Shown here: positions 37,576-47,547 of the stretch, one piece after another
Layout: each line of letters starts with the position of its first letter
Numbering within the stretch: position 1 is the stretch's first letter
Notes under the pieces: model-generated
Told to the model about the DNA's origin: nothing
What the model saw: only the letters and a program-made list of their open reading frames with translations
Database searches by the model: none
Origin: Gemmatimonadota bacterium
GTDB taxonomy: Bacteria > JAAXHH01
Length of the DNA: 64,000 bases
Direction of reading: 5' to 3'
Assembly: GCA_009835325.1 (NCBI GenBank)
Contig: VXWP01000080.1
Location: 3,292-67,291 of the forward strand
Program-made: the position numbers and the translations under genes

Positions 37576-38493
37576 ATGACCATACTCGTTACCGGCGGAT
37601 CGGGGTTGATCGGCCGCCGGCTGATCCCCTGCCTCGAGCAGCGGGGCCATCGCGTCCTGCGCCTGGTCCGGTCCAGGGACCTGGCCGGCGACAGGGCGGT
37701 CTACTGGTCCACCTCAGAAGGCAGTATTGAATGGGACGATTCCGGTTCCATTGACGCCGTCGTCCATCTGGCGGGCGAGTCGATCCTGGGACGGTGGACC
37801 GGGGCCAAGAAGGCCCGGATCCGGGACAGCCGCGTCGGCCCCACGCGCAACCTGTGCACGTTTCTCGCCGGGATGGCCTCGCCACCTTCGGTTATCGTCT
37901 GCGCGTCGGCCACCGGTTATTACGGCGACCGCGGCGATGTACCGCTCGGGGAGGCATCGCCGCCGGGGGACGGGTTTCTGCCGGCGGTGAGCAGGGATTG
38001 GGAAGCGGCGACGGAACCGGCCCGAGACGCCGGGATCCGCGTCGTGAACCTCCGCATCGGCATGGTGCTGACCCCGGAGGGCGGCGCGCTGGCCGCCATG
38101 CGTACGCCCTTCAGGCTGGCTTTGGGCGGAAAGGTCGGGGACGGGCGCCAGTACATGAGCTGGATCACCCGGGACGACCTGGTTTCCGTCATCAGTTACG
38201 CCCTGGAATCGAATGCGCTGGCCGGTCCCGTAAATGCGGTTTCTCCACAACCCGTCACCAATGCGGAATTTACCCGGACGCTGGGCCGGGTGCTACATCG
38301 TCCGACCCCCTTTTCGGTTCCCGCCTTCGCCGTCCGCCTGTTGTTCGGCCAGATGGGAAGCGACCTGCTGCTCGCGAGCGCGCGCGTCGAACCCGAACGG
38401 CTTCGGGAAGCGGGTTTCCAGTTCGAGCATGCGGACCTGGAGGCTGCGCTGAACGACCTGTTGCGGACGAAGCCTTCGAGCCCCGCGCACTGA
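37576..38493 (+). CDS. TIGR01777/YfcH-type NAD-dependent epimerase family protein (SDR39U1-like)
   Basis: ILVTGGSGLIGRRL Rossmann N-terminus and a DUF1731-like C-terminus. Confidence 0.7.
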   Translation: MTILVTGGSGLIGRRLIPCLEQRGHRVLRLVRSRDLAGDRAVYWSTSEGSIEWDDSGSIDAVVHLAGESILGRWTGAKKARIRDSRVGPTRNLCTFLAGMASPPSVIVCASATGYYGDRGDVPLGEASPPGDGFLPAVSRDWEAATEPARDAGIRVVNLRIGMVLTPEGGALAAMRTPFRLALGGKVGDGRQYMSWITRDDLVSVISYALESNALAGPVNAVSPQPVTNAEFTRTLGRVLHRPTPFSVPAFAVRLLFGQMGSDLLLASARVEPERLREAGFQFEHADLEAALNDLLRTKPSSPAH

Positions 38494-38524
38494 GCGGCCC
38501 GGACCGAATCACCATGATGGCGGC

Positions 38525-38560
38525 GCCTCCCGCGACGGCGGTGCCTCTCGCCTCGGCGGT
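38525..38560 (+). repeat. Tandem 18-bp direct repeat (GGCGGTGCCTCTCGCC x2) upstream of abgT
   Basis: Copies at 38527-38542 and 38545-38560, ~35 nt upstream of the AbgT start codon. Confidence 0.7.
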
Positions 38561-38593
38561 GCCTCTCGCCACCAAAAACGCCACGGAAGGGCC

Positions 38594-40228
38594 ATGAATA
38601 CCGACAGTCGGAAACAGCAACAACCTGCGCAGCATCAACCGGCACCTGCTGGCGCAGCGGCTTCAGGCGGATTTCTGGACGCCATCGAGCGGGTCGGGAA
38701 TCGCCTGCCGGATCCGGCGACGCTCTTCCTGATCGGCGCCCTGTTCATCATCGTCCTCTCCGACATCGCGGCCCGCGGCCAGTGGACCGTGGTCCAGCGC
38801 CTGCCGGAACAGGTGGTCCTGCAGGATGGATCTGTCGGCGTGGAATGGCGCGAGACTGGCGAGACCTTCAGGTCCACCAGCCTGCTTACCCGGGACGGCC
38901 TCTTCTGGGTCGTGGCCAACATGGTGGAGAACTTCATGCGGTTTCCGCCCCTCGGCGTCGTGCTGGTCGGGATGCTGGGCATCGGCGTGGCGGAGCGGAC
39001 CGGCATGATCGGCGCACTGCTCAAGGCGTTCATGCTGGCGGTCCCGGGCCGGTTGCTGACCCCGGCCATGGTCTTCATCGGCATCATGTCGTCCATGACG
39101 CTAGACGCAGGATACGTCATACTCCCGCCCCTCGCGGCCGCACTGTACAAGGCGGTCGGCCGGTCGCCGCTGGCCGGCCTTGCCGCCGTATTCGCGGGCG
39201 TGTCCGCGGGATTCAACGCCAACCTCTTCGTGACGGGCCTGGATCCCCTGCTGGCCGGACTTTCCACGGCCGGGGCGCAGACGATCGACGCGGCCTACCA
39301 GGTCGCCGCCACGTGCAACTGGTATTTCATGATCGTGTCGACGGTGATCATGACGCTGGCGGGATGGCTCGTCACGGCCTGGTTCGTCGAACGGCGCCTG
39401 GCGGGCAAGCCGCCCGAGGAGGGCGGACCAGCGCCTGCGTCGTCCGCCGGTCCGGAAGAACACGCCCTGACCGCCGTGGAGAAGCGGGGCATGGCCCGGG
39501 CGTCCCTGGCGTTCCTGTTGATATTCTCGGCCATCGTATTCATGATCCTGTGGCCCGGCGCTCCGCTGCACGGCACCGGCAGTCTGTTCGACCGGTGGGT
39601 GGAGGCCATTGTGCCCCTGTTGCTTTTCTGTTTCATCCTGCCCGGCATCGTGTACGGGATCTCGGTAGGCGCCATAAAGAACGACAAGGACGCGGCCCGG
39701 CTGCTCATCGAAACGATCGCCACCATGGCCCCGATCATCGTCCTGGCCTTCTTCGCCGCCCAGTTCATCGCCTACTTCCAGTATTCGGGACTCGGCCAGA
39801 TGCTGGCGATGGCCGGCGGCCAGGCACTCGGCCAGGCGCAGATGCCGGCGTGGATGCTGATGATAGCCTTCATCCTCGTCACGCTGGCGTTCAACCTGCT
39901 GATTGGCTCCATGTCCGCCAAGTACGCCCTCTTCGCACCGATCTTCATACCCATGTTCATGATGGTGGGCATCAGTCCCGAACTGACGCAGGCAGCCTAC
40001 CGGATCGGTGACTCCGTCAGCAACATCATCACGCCCCTGAACCCCTACCTGGTGATCATCCTGGTTTTCATGCGCCAGTTCGTACCCAAAGGGGGCATGG
40101 GCACGCTGATCTCCACGATGCTTCCCTATACCGTGGTATTCGCCGTCATCTGGACGGTTCTCCTCGTGGCCTGGATGGCGATGGGCATCCCCCTCGGCCC
40201 CGCGGGTGGACTGGTCTACGTACCCTGA
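38594..40228 (+). CDS. AbgT-family transporter (p-aminobenzoyl-glutamate / antimetabolite transporter type)
   Basis: 544 aa polytopic protein with AbgT family-conserved blocks; GGAAGG RBS. Confidence 0.8.
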   Translation: MNTDSRKQQQPAQHQPAPAGAAASGGFLDAIERVGNRLPDPATLFLIGALFIIVLSDIAARGQWTVVQRLPEQVVLQDGSVGVEWRETGETFRSTSLLTRDGLFWVVANMVENFMRFPPLGVVLVGMLGIGVAERTGMIGALLKAFMLAVPGRLLTPAMVFIGIMSSMTLDAGYVILPPLAAALYKAVGRSPLAGLAAVFAGVSAGFNANLFVTGLDPLLAGLSTAGAQTIDAAYQVAATCNWYFMIVSTVIMTLAGWLVTAWFVERRLAGKPPEEGGPAPASSAGPEEHALTAVEKRGMARASLAFLLIFSAIVFMILWPGAPLHGTGSLFDRWVEAIVPLLLFCFILPGIVYGISVGAIKNDKDAARLLIETIATMAPIIVLAFFAAQFIAYFQYSGLGQMLAMAGGQALGQAQMPAWMLMIAFILVTLAFNLLIGSMSAKYALFAPIFIPMFMMVGISPELTQAAYRIGDSVSNIITPLNPYLVIILVFMRQFVPKGGMGTLISTMLPYTVVFAVIWTVLLVAWMAMGIPLGPAGGLVYVP

Positions 40229-40242
40229 TTGGAAGTCATCGT

Positions 40243-40279
40243 GAGGCAGCCGTGACGAGGCAGCCGTGACGAGGCTGCC
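40243..40279 (+). repeat. Tandem 14-bp repeat GAGGCAGCCGTGAC x2.3 immediately downstream of abgT
   Basis: Copies at 40243-40256 and 40257-40270 with a partial third; lies in the convergent intergenic region. Confidence 0.7.
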
Positions 40280-40338
40280 AGGTGGTACCGGAAACTGCGA
40301 CTGACGTCCATAGGGCGGCCAGTCGCGGGAGGCCCGGA

Positions 40339-41760
40339 CTATTCGTCCGGTGCTGACGGCGCCGGCTTGCGGCGGCACAGGAACAGGTAAGCGGGGATGC
40401 CCAGGGCGGTCAACGCGAGGCCCGCGATGGACTCGACGGGCGTCTCGAAGAGCATGTTGGCGAGAATCCCGGCGGAACCCGCGATGAACAGCAGGGGAAC
40501 GACCGGGTAGCCCCAGGCGCGGTAGGGCCTGGGCAGATCGGGCCGTTTCCTTCGAAGCGTGAACACCGCGGCGGCGCCGGCGATCCACAGCATGAGATTG
40601 GCGAAGGTGACGAAGGTGATCAGGTCTTCGAAGGTGCCGCTGAGGGTGAGCACGCACGCCCAGGCCGCCTGTAACAACACCGCCGGCCCCGGTGTGCGGA
40701 ACCTGGGATGTACCGATCCCGCACGCCTGAAGAACAGCCCGTCCCTCGCCATGGCGAAATAGACGCGGGGCCCCACCAGGACGGTGGCGTTCAGCGCGCC
40801 GACGATGGACACGACCACGGCGGCCGACAGCAGTATGGCGCCGGTTTCGCCGAAGAGCACGTTGGCGGCAGCTTCCCCGACCCGGACGACCCCGGCCATT
40901 TCCCCCACAGGCAACGCTTTCAGGTAGATGTAGTTTACCAGCAGGTAGACGATGGTGACGGTCGCGGTGCCCATAACGAGGGCCCGCGGCAGGTTCCGCC
41001 CGGGCTGTCTGACTTCGCCGGCGACGAAGGTGACCTCCTCCCAGCCGGCGAAGGCCCAGGACACGGCGATCAGGGCGACGCCGAAGGCGACCACCAGCTG
41101 TCCGAAGTCGATCCCCTGCGCATTGATACGAAAGTCGATCGGGTGTGTGGACCCGGCCCAGAGCCCGAACAGAATGAACAACCCGAGCGCGGCGATCTTG
41201 ATCACCGAGGAAATGTTGGTGATGTATTTGCTGAAGGTCACGCCGCGGTAGTTCACCACCGTGAGCAGGAGGACAAGGACGAGCGCGGTGAGGTGCCCGG
41301 CGGAGAGGGTGTACGGGAAGGTCCAGCCAGGCAGGGCGATTTCGGTTTCGAAGAATACGTTGGTCATCCCGAGCGCGGGGATGAAATAGCCCGCATATTC
41401 GGCGAATCCCACGCCGAGGGCGGCGATGATGCCGGTCAGGTACATAGTGAACGATACCCACCCGAACAGGAATCCGCAGAACGGGCTGTAGGCTTCCCGG
41501 AGGTAGACGTACTGGCCGCCTGCACGGGGCATGGCGGCGCCGAGCTCACCGTAGGCCAGCGCGCCGGCGAGGGCGTGAAGGCCACCGAACAGCCAGGCAA
41601 GGAGAATGAGCGACGCGGATGGTATGCCCCGGGCCATCAGGCCGGTCGTAAGGAAGATCCCCGATCCGATCACGATGCCGATGATGATCATCGTGGTGTC
41701 GAAAAGGCCAAGCTGGCGGACCAGGCCAGTCTTTTCTTTTTGATCGCTCGGAATTGCCAT
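40339..41760 (-). CDS. APC-family amino acid permease
   Basis: 473 aa, 12 TM, N-terminal GLFDTTMIIIGIVIGSGIF motif typical of the APC superfamily. Confidence 0.85.
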   Translation of the reverse strand: MAIPSDQKEKTGLVRQLGLFDTTMIIIGIVIGSGIFLTTGLMARGIPSASLILLAWLFGGLHALAGALAYGELGAAMPRAGGQYVYLREAYSPFCGFLFGWVSFTMYLTGIIAALGVGFAEYAGYFIPALGMTNVFFETEIALPGWTFPYTLSAGHLTALVLVLLLTVVNYRGVTFSKYITNISSVIKIAALGLFILFGLWAGSTHPIDFRINAQGIDFGQLVVAFGVALIAVSWAFAGWEEVTFVAGEVRQPGRNLPRALVMGTATVTIVYLLVNYIYLKALPVGEMAGVVRVGEAAANVLFGETGAILLSAAVVVSIVGALNATVLVGPRVYFAMARDGLFFRRAGSVHPRFRTPGPAVLLQAAWACVLTLSGTFEDLITFVTFANLMLWIAGAAAVFTLRRKRPDLPRPYRAWGYPVVPLLFIAGSAGILANMLFETPVESIAGLALTALGIPAYLFLCRRKPAPSAPDE

Positions 41761-41979
41761 ATATTGAGGGTAGAAGTCGCTCCGCGGGGCAGCCGCATCG
41801 AACGGGTGCGGTTATCGCTGGCGCGGGCAAGGAGAAGTCGAAAACGAACGTCCATTTTACCGGTACGATCCGCCGAAGTCAAGACGGGACTGGGCAGGAC
41901 CGGGCGAGACCAGACAGGACCAGTCGGAACCGGCAGGTCCGCAAAGCGGAAAGGGAACCCCGAGTTGAACGATTCGGCG

Positions 41980-42765
41980 ATGGAACTCATCGACGCCACG
42001 ACCTACCCCATTCACCGGCCCGGATCGGCCGCGTACCGCACGCTGGTCGCCAGATGCAGGGACGACCTGGCGGCGCAAAGTGCCTGCCTGCTGCCGGGCT
42101 TCGTCACGGAGGAAGCGCGGGTGCGCATGGTGGCCGAGGTGGACCGCGCCGCCCCGGACGCCTTTACATGCCGGAAACCCCATAACGTCTTCCTGGAAGA
42201 ACACGACGACGCCTTTCCGCCCGACCACCCGCGGCGGAGGCCCCAGGCTACGGAACTGGATTCTGTCGCCTTCGACCAGTTCCGACCCACCGACAGCCTG
42301 CACCGCCTGTACGTCTGGGATCCGCTCCTGACCTTTGTCGCCGACGTACTCCGCAAGGAACACTACTACCGGATGGCGGACCCGCTGGCCGCGCTGACTG
42401 TAAACGTCATGCGCGAGGGGCAGAATCACGGCTGGCATTTCGACGAATCCGAGGCGACGACCACCCTGATGCTGCAGGCGCCCGAAACAGGCGGCGTTTT
42501 CGAGTACGCCCCGGACGTGCGTCCCGCGGACGGAGACGGCTACGAGATCGTGGACCAGGTGCTGCGCGGCAGCTACTCCGACATTCGCACGCTCGCGGTG
42601 GAACCCGGCACGCTCATCCTCTTCGTCGGCTCCCGGTCCATGCACCAGGTGACTCCCGTCGAGGGGCCGTTGACCCGGTACGTCGCCGTGTTCTGCTACA
42701 AGGACCGGCCCAATGTCCGCAACAGCCGGGAGGTACAGGAGCTTTTCTATGGACGCACGGCCTGA
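41980..42765 (+). CDS. Putative Fe(II)/2-oxoglutarate-dependent oxygenase-like protein
   Basis: 261 aa with a candidate HxD...H facial triad (WHFDESE ... SMHQV). The track's N-terminal extension to 40708 overlaps the permease gene and is rejected. Family unassigned. Confidence 0.5.
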   Translation: MELIDATTYPIHRPGSAAYRTLVARCRDDLAAQSACLLPGFVTEEARVRMVAEVDRAAPDAFTCRKPHNVFLEEHDDAFPPDHPRRRPQATELDSVAFDQFRPTDSLHRLYVWDPLLTFVADVLRKEHYYRMADPLAALTVNVMREGQNHGWHFDESEATTTLMLQAPETGGVFEYAPDVRPADGDGYEIVDQVLRGSYSDIRTLAVEPGTLILFVGSRSMHQVTPVEGPLTRYVAVFCYKDRPNVRNSREVQELFYGRTA

Positions 42766-44053
42766 GGGAGGCGGACCATTGCACACCGTGATCGTTGGGA
42801 ACGGCGTAACCGGCGTAACGGCCGCCACGCGGCTCAGGCAGCTCCAGCCGGACTGGAAGATCACGCTGGTATCGGGTGAATCGGCTTTCCACTATTCCCG
42901 CCCCGCCCTCATGTACATCTTCATGGGGCACATGACCTACGAGGCGACGAAGCCCTTCGAGGACCGTTTCTGGCGCGACCAGCGCCTGGATTTGGTCAGG
43001 GACTGGGTCACCGGCATCGATATCGAGGACAAGCAGCTCGTGCTGCACCGGAACGGACGGCTGCCCTATGACCGGCTGCTGATCGCCACCGGTGCCAAGT
43101 CGAACAAGTTCGGCTGGCCGGGGCAGGATCTCGAGGGCGTTCAGGGCCTGTACAACCTGAAAGACCTGCGCCAGCTGTACAAGAACGTGGAGCGGACCCG
43201 CCAGGCGGTTATCGTCGGCGGAGGGCTGATCGGCATCGAACTGGCCGAGATGCTCCACTCGAGGCACATCCACGTCACTTTTCTCATCCGCGAGCCGTCT
43301 TACTGGTGCAACATCCTGCCCATGGAGGAGTCGGGCATGATCAACCGGTTGATCGAGGAGCAGGGCATCGGCCTGATCCGGGAGACCAACCTGAAGGAGA
43401 TCGTGGACGACGGCTCGGGCAGGGTCGAAGCGGTCGTCACCGAATTCGACGACCGGATCGACTGCCAGCTCGTCGGCCTGACGCCGGGCGTTTCACCCAA
43501 TACGGACCTGGTCAAGTCGACCCCCATCGAAACCGGCCGGGGCGTCCTGGTTGACCATTCCTTCCGCACCAACATCCCCGACATCTACGCCGCCGGAGAC
43601 TGCGCGGAAATCGTCAGCCGGAACGGAGGCCGCAACCTGATCCAGCAGGTCTGGTATACGGGCAAGAAGCAGGGCAAGGCCGCCGGTGAGGTGCTGGCCG
43701 GGGAGGATACGGCATACGATCCGGGGATCTGGTTCAATTCGGCCAAGTTCTTCGACCTGGAGTACCAGACCTACGGCATGATACTGAGCACGCCCCAACC
43801 CGGCGAGCAGCACCTTTACTGGGAACATCCCTCCCACCGCCACGCCGTCCGCGTCGTCGGCGCCGACGGCTGCATCAAGGCCTTCAATTTCATGGGAATA
43901 CGCGCCCGCCACGAGGTGTGCGAACGCTGGATCGCCGAGCGGCGCACTCTGGAGTACGTCCTGGACCACATGGAGGAAGCCAACTTCGATCCGGAGTTTT
44001 TCGTCCACCACGAGACGGAAATCGTTCGCTCGTTAAAGGAGCAACTCGCATGA
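42749..44053 (+). CDS. FAD-dependent pyridine nucleotide-disulfide family oxidoreductase
   Basis: Two Rossmann dinucleotide-binding motifs (VIVGNGVTG; VIVGGGLIGIE). Overlaps the upstream gene by 17 nt; AGGAG RBS. Confidence 0.8.
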   Translation: MDARPEGGGPLHTVIVGNGVTGVTAATRLRQLQPDWKITLVSGESAFHYSRPALMYIFMGHMTYEATKPFEDRFWRDQRLDLVRDWVTGIDIEDKQLVLHRNGRLPYDRLLIATGAKSNKFGWPGQDLEGVQGLYNLKDLRQLYKNVERTRQAVIVGGGLIGIELAEMLHSRHIHVTFLIREPSYWCNILPMEESGMINRLIEEQGIGLIRETNLKEIVDDGSGRVEAVVTEFDDRIDCQLVGLTPGVSPNTDLVKSTPIETGRGVLVDHSFRTNIPDIYAAGDCAEIVSRNGGRNLIQQVWYTGKKQGKAAGEVLAGEDTAYDPGIWFNSAKFFDLEYQTYGMILSTPQPGEQHLYWEHPSHRHAVRVVGADGCIKAFNFMGIRARHEVCERWIAERRTLEYVLDHMEEANFDPEFFVHHETEIVRSLKEQLA

Positions 44054-45507
44054 GCACAACGCCCGCTGGAACGACGTTGATCGACCCGGAGACCATTGCG
44101 TACTTCTACGACGAAGAGGCCGACGGTTTCGGCGAGCCCGCCTCCGCGGCCGAAGCACCGAGGAACCCGGGCTTGATGGTCTCCGCCGGCGTGATCGGAC
44201 TGGGTTGCCTCGCCCTCGCCGTCTCCCTGCTCGGCAGTATGCCCCTCGCGGGCACCTGGATGCCCTTCCTGCTCTCCTTCGGCCTGTTGTCGTCCGGTGC
44301 GATCGGTTATGCCTGGTTCGCCTACAAGGATACCGTGCCCGGTATCAAGCACGACGGCATCATGTTCGGAAACACCACGCACCGCGGCGCGATCGCCTGG
44401 GCGCTGGGCATCGCGCTCACCGGATTCTACGTCGTGCTGTACTGGTGGCCGGAATACCTGGCGCGCGCCATCGCGCTCGTCGAGCCGCTGTCGCTGGCCC
44501 TGTCGGGACAACCGGCGAACCAGTGGTTTCTCTACGGGTTTCTCTACACCATGGCCGTGGTGCTCTTCGGATTCCGCATGTTCATGCGGTACCGCCACAA
44601 CCGCTACCACATCATCCGGACCATTTCGGTCATGTTCTTTCAACTGGTGCTGGCCTTCGTCCTGCCCCATTTACTCCGCGCTCTGAACGAACCGGAGTTC
44701 TATTTCAGCTATTTCTGGCCGCTGAAGTACGATTACCTGTTTCCCGGCACCGTGGATTACCTCGTCAACAGTCCGGGCGCACTGGGTTCTTTCATGGTGT
44801 TCTGGGGCGCGGTCTGCTCCTTCATCGCCACGCCCGTCCTGACCTACTACTACGGCAAGCGGTGGTATTGCTCGTGGGTATGCGGCTGCGGCGGACTCGC
44901 CGAGACCCTCGGCGATCCGTGGCGGCACCTGACGCCCAAGTCGACGGTGTCGTGGAAGATCGAACGGGCGATCATCTACGCCGTGCTGCTTCTGATCATC
45001 CTGACGACGGCGGTGCTCTGGGTGAGCAGCACGTCCGAAGGCGCACTGAGCAGCATTTCCGCCCCGCTGCAGCAATGGTACGGTTTCTATATCGGCGCCG
45101 TCTTCGCGGGCGTCATCGGTGTGGGGTTCTATCCCGTCCTCGGAAACCGGGTCTGGTGCCGATTCGGATGCCCGATGGCCGCAGTGCTCGGTATCATCCA
45201 GCGGTTCTTCTCCCGCTTCCGCATCACGACCAACGGCGGCCAGTGCATGTCCTGCGGCAACTGTACCACCTATTGCGAAATGGGCATCGACGTGCGCGCC
45301 TACGCCGAACGCGGCGAGAACATCGTCCGGTCTTCCTGCGTGGGATGCGGGGTCTGTTCGGCCGTATGTCCCCGCGGCGTGCTCAAGCTCGAGAACGGCA
45401 CGTCCCACGGCGACCGGTACCCCGGGTCGGACAAACCGCTGGGTGCTCTTTCTACGGCCGTCAGCAAGGGCGCCCGGGTGTACGGCGACCGCGACGGATA
45501 CGTCTGA
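44050..45507 (+). CDS. NapH/MauN-like membrane polyferredoxin (two membrane CxxCxxG motifs plus C-terminal 2x[4Fe-4S])
   Basis: Multiple TMs. WYCSWVCGCGGLAE and VWCRFGCPMAAVLG are NapH-type motifs; C-terminal CMSCGNCTTYC and CVGCGVCSAVCP. ATGA overlap with the upstream oxidoreductase. Confidence 0.7.
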   Translation: MSTTPAGTTLIDPETIAYFYDEEADGFGEPASAAEAPRNPGLMVSAGVIGLGCLALAVSLLGSMPLAGTWMPFLLSFGLLSSGAIGYAWFAYKDTVPGIKHDGIMFGNTTHRGAIAWALGIALTGFYVVLYWWPEYLARAIALVEPLSLALSGQPANQWFLYGFLYTMAVVLFGFRMFMRYRHNRYHIIRTISVMFFQLVLAFVLPHLLRALNEPEFYFSYFWPLKYDYLFPGTVDYLVNSPGALGSFMVFWGAVCSFIATPVLTYYYGKRWYCSWVCGCGGLAETLGDPWRHLTPKSTVSWKIERAIIYAVLLLIILTTAVLWVSSTSEGALSSISAPLQQWYGFYIGAVFAGVIGVGFYPVLGNRVWCRFGCPMAAVLGIIQRFFSRFRITTNGGQCMSCGNCTTYCEMGIDVRAYAERGENIVRSSCVGCGVCSAVCPRGVLKLENGTSHGDRYPGSDKPLGALSTAVSKGARVYGDRDGYV

Positions 45508-45557
45508 GGCGGAGACACCCGACGACCGGCCGGCGTGCATACCGGCCCGGCCGGCAC

Positions 45558-46463
45558 TCACCTGACCAGGAAGATCACCACCGCGACCGTGACGATGCTG
45601 CAGACGGTGGACAGGAACACGGCGTTTGCCGCGAAGTCCTCCCTGCTGCCGAATTCCATGGCGATCAGCACGGTGTTGATCGCGGTGGGATAACTCGTGG
45701 ACACCACCAGGATCGAGGCGATCCTGGGATCGATGTCCAGCAGGAGCACGAGTCCGTAGCCGATCAGGGGGGAAATCACCAGGCGGCATACGAGGGACGC
45801 CAGGCTGGCCTGCCACGCGTCCGTGATGCGGGTCCTGGCCAGCTGCATGCCCAGGGTGACCAGGGCCATGGGAACGAGCGCCTCGGCCAGGTATTCGATG
45901 GGAAGCCAGACGAAGCCGGGAAGTTCCAGGCCGAAGTTCCGGATGGCGAAGGCCAGGATCAGCGCGTATACGAAGGGCATCTTGAAAGACTGCAGGAACG
46001 CCTTCCGGGCCGAAATACGGCCGACCGAGACGAAGAACAGCCCCAGGGTGAACACGAGAAAGTTCTGGACGGCCAGGACGATGGACTGCACGGCCAGGCC
46101 CAGGGTGGGAAAGGCCAGTTCGCTTGCCGGAAAGCCATAGTTGCCGCTGTTGTAGTACATCACCGACAGGCTGAAGGCCTGCTTCATGTCCTTCCGATAC
46201 CGCATGATCAGGGAACCGGCCAGGCTCAGGACATAGAGCGCGACCAGCATGAGCAGGCAGAACACGCTGGTATCCCAGACGAAATCGGCGGAGAGTTCGG
46301 ACTGGGTCAGGGATACGACGAGGGTCGCGGGCATGACCAGGTACAGCAGGATCCGCGTCAGGGCCTGCATATCGAAATGCCATTTCTTTTGAAACAGATA
46401 ACCGAGGGAGATGAGGACGAAAATCGGGGCGATGATGTCGAGCAGGATGTTCAGGAATGGCAT
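45558..46463 (-). CDS. AEC (auxin efflux carrier) family transporter
   Basis: 301 aa, ~10 TM, MPFLNILLDIIAPIF N-terminus typical of AEC/malate permease family. Confidence 0.8.
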   Translation of the reverse strand: MPFLNILLDIIAPIFVLISLGYLFQKKWHFDMQALTRILLYLVMPATLVVSLTQSELSADFVWDTSVFCLLMLVALYVLSLAGSLIMRYRKDMKQAFSLSVMYYNSGNYGFPASELAFPTLGLAVQSIVLAVQNFLVFTLGLFFVSVGRISARKAFLQSFKMPFVYALILAFAIRNFGLELPGFVWLPIEYLAEALVPMALVTLGMQLARTRITDAWQASLASLVCRLVISPLIGYGLVLLLDIDPRIASILVVSTSYPTAINTVLIAMEFGSREDFAANAVFLSTVCSIVTVAVVIFLVR

Positions 46464-46517
46464 TGGGTCGCCGGGGATGGGATTCGGATGGACTCGCGCG
46501 CGTGCGTCGTTCGGCCG

Positions 46518-47303
46518 TCAGCCGCCGAAGGGATCGAAGCGGCCGTCCGCCGCCGTCCACCCGCCGTCGACGAATAGGACGGAACCGGTGGTGTAGGAAC
46601 TGGCGTCCGAAGCCAGGTAGAGGACGGCGCCCGCGATTTCTTCGGGCCTGGCCCATCGCCGGAGCATCGTCTTGTCGGCGTACGCGCCGTACCATTCCGG
46701 ATGCTGCTTGATCTGGGCAGTCAGCGGCGTGTCCACCACGCCCGGGGCAATGGCGTTGGCCCGCACGCCCCGGTCGGCGAGTTCGGCCGCCAGCGCGCGG
46801 ATCATGAGCACCACGCCGGATTTCGTCGCGGCGTAGACGCCCTGGCCGGGCTCTACGACCTGTGACCGGATACTCGAGAAGACGATGATACTGCCCCCTC
46901 CGTTCTCGGACATGGACCGGGCGACTTCGCGCACCAGGCGGAAGGTGCCTTTCAGGTTGAGGTCGACGACGCGGTCGTACTCCTCGTCGGTGTACTCGAG
47001 GAGCGGTTTGCGAATGTTGACGCCGGGCGTGCTGACGAGGACGTCCGGGGGTGCAATCCGGTCGAGCACGCGCTGTATATGGTCCGTATCGCACATGTCC
47101 AGCGTTGCCGCTTCGGCCGATCCGCCGTCCTTGCGAATCTCCTCTAGGACGGATTCCGCCGCTTCCTGCCGTACATCCGCGCAGACCACGTGGGCGCCGA
47201 ACTGGGCCAGGCACCGGGCCGAACTCCTGCCTATGCCGCTTCCACCGCCGACGACCAGCGCATTGCGGCCGGTCAAATCGAAGAGGCTTCTGTAGTCAGT
47301 CAT
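46518..47303 (-). CDS. SDR-family oxidoreductase
   Basis: VVGGGSGIGR cofactor motif and YAATKSGV catalytic Y-x3-K. Start MTDYRS; the track's longer ORF to 48017 is rejected. Confidence 0.85.
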   Translation of the reverse strand: MTDYRSLFDLTGRNALVVGGGSGIGRSSARCLAQFGAHVVCADVRQEAAESVLEEIRKDGGSAEAATLDMCDTDHIQRVLDRIAPPDVLVSTPGVNIRKPLLEYTDEEYDRVVDLNLKGTFRLVREVARSMSENGGGSIIVFSSIRSQVVEPGQGVYAATKSGVVLMIRALAAELADRGVRANAIAPGVVDTPLTAQIKQHPEWYGAYADKTMLRRWARPEEIAGAVLYLASDASSYTTGSVLFVDGGWTAADGRFDPFGG

Positions 47304-47547
47304 ACCGTGGTCCGGATGATGGACGTCTGCGTCCTGAGCGGTATAAGTTCTTGCGCGATTTACCACGTCCTCGCGACCGTCAATCCAATGGGTTGCATTG
47401 GCTTTATCCGGCCAGCCCACTATCTTAAGACGGGGGCCGGCCCCTGTCAAGATGTTCGGCCCGGGGCCCCGACGGGCGTATCCGGGTCCCGGGATGTGTC
47501 GCGCCGTGTGCAGGGTCGGCGCAGTCAACATTGTCTGGAGAAAGTAA

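Noticed and set aside
40708-41979. Upstream 424-codon extension of the 2OG-oxygenase ORF (track 40708-42765).
   Set aside because: It overlaps the well-supported APC permease gene on the opposite strand and is Gly/Asp/Arg-rich and low-complexity. The conserved domain begins at ATG 41980.
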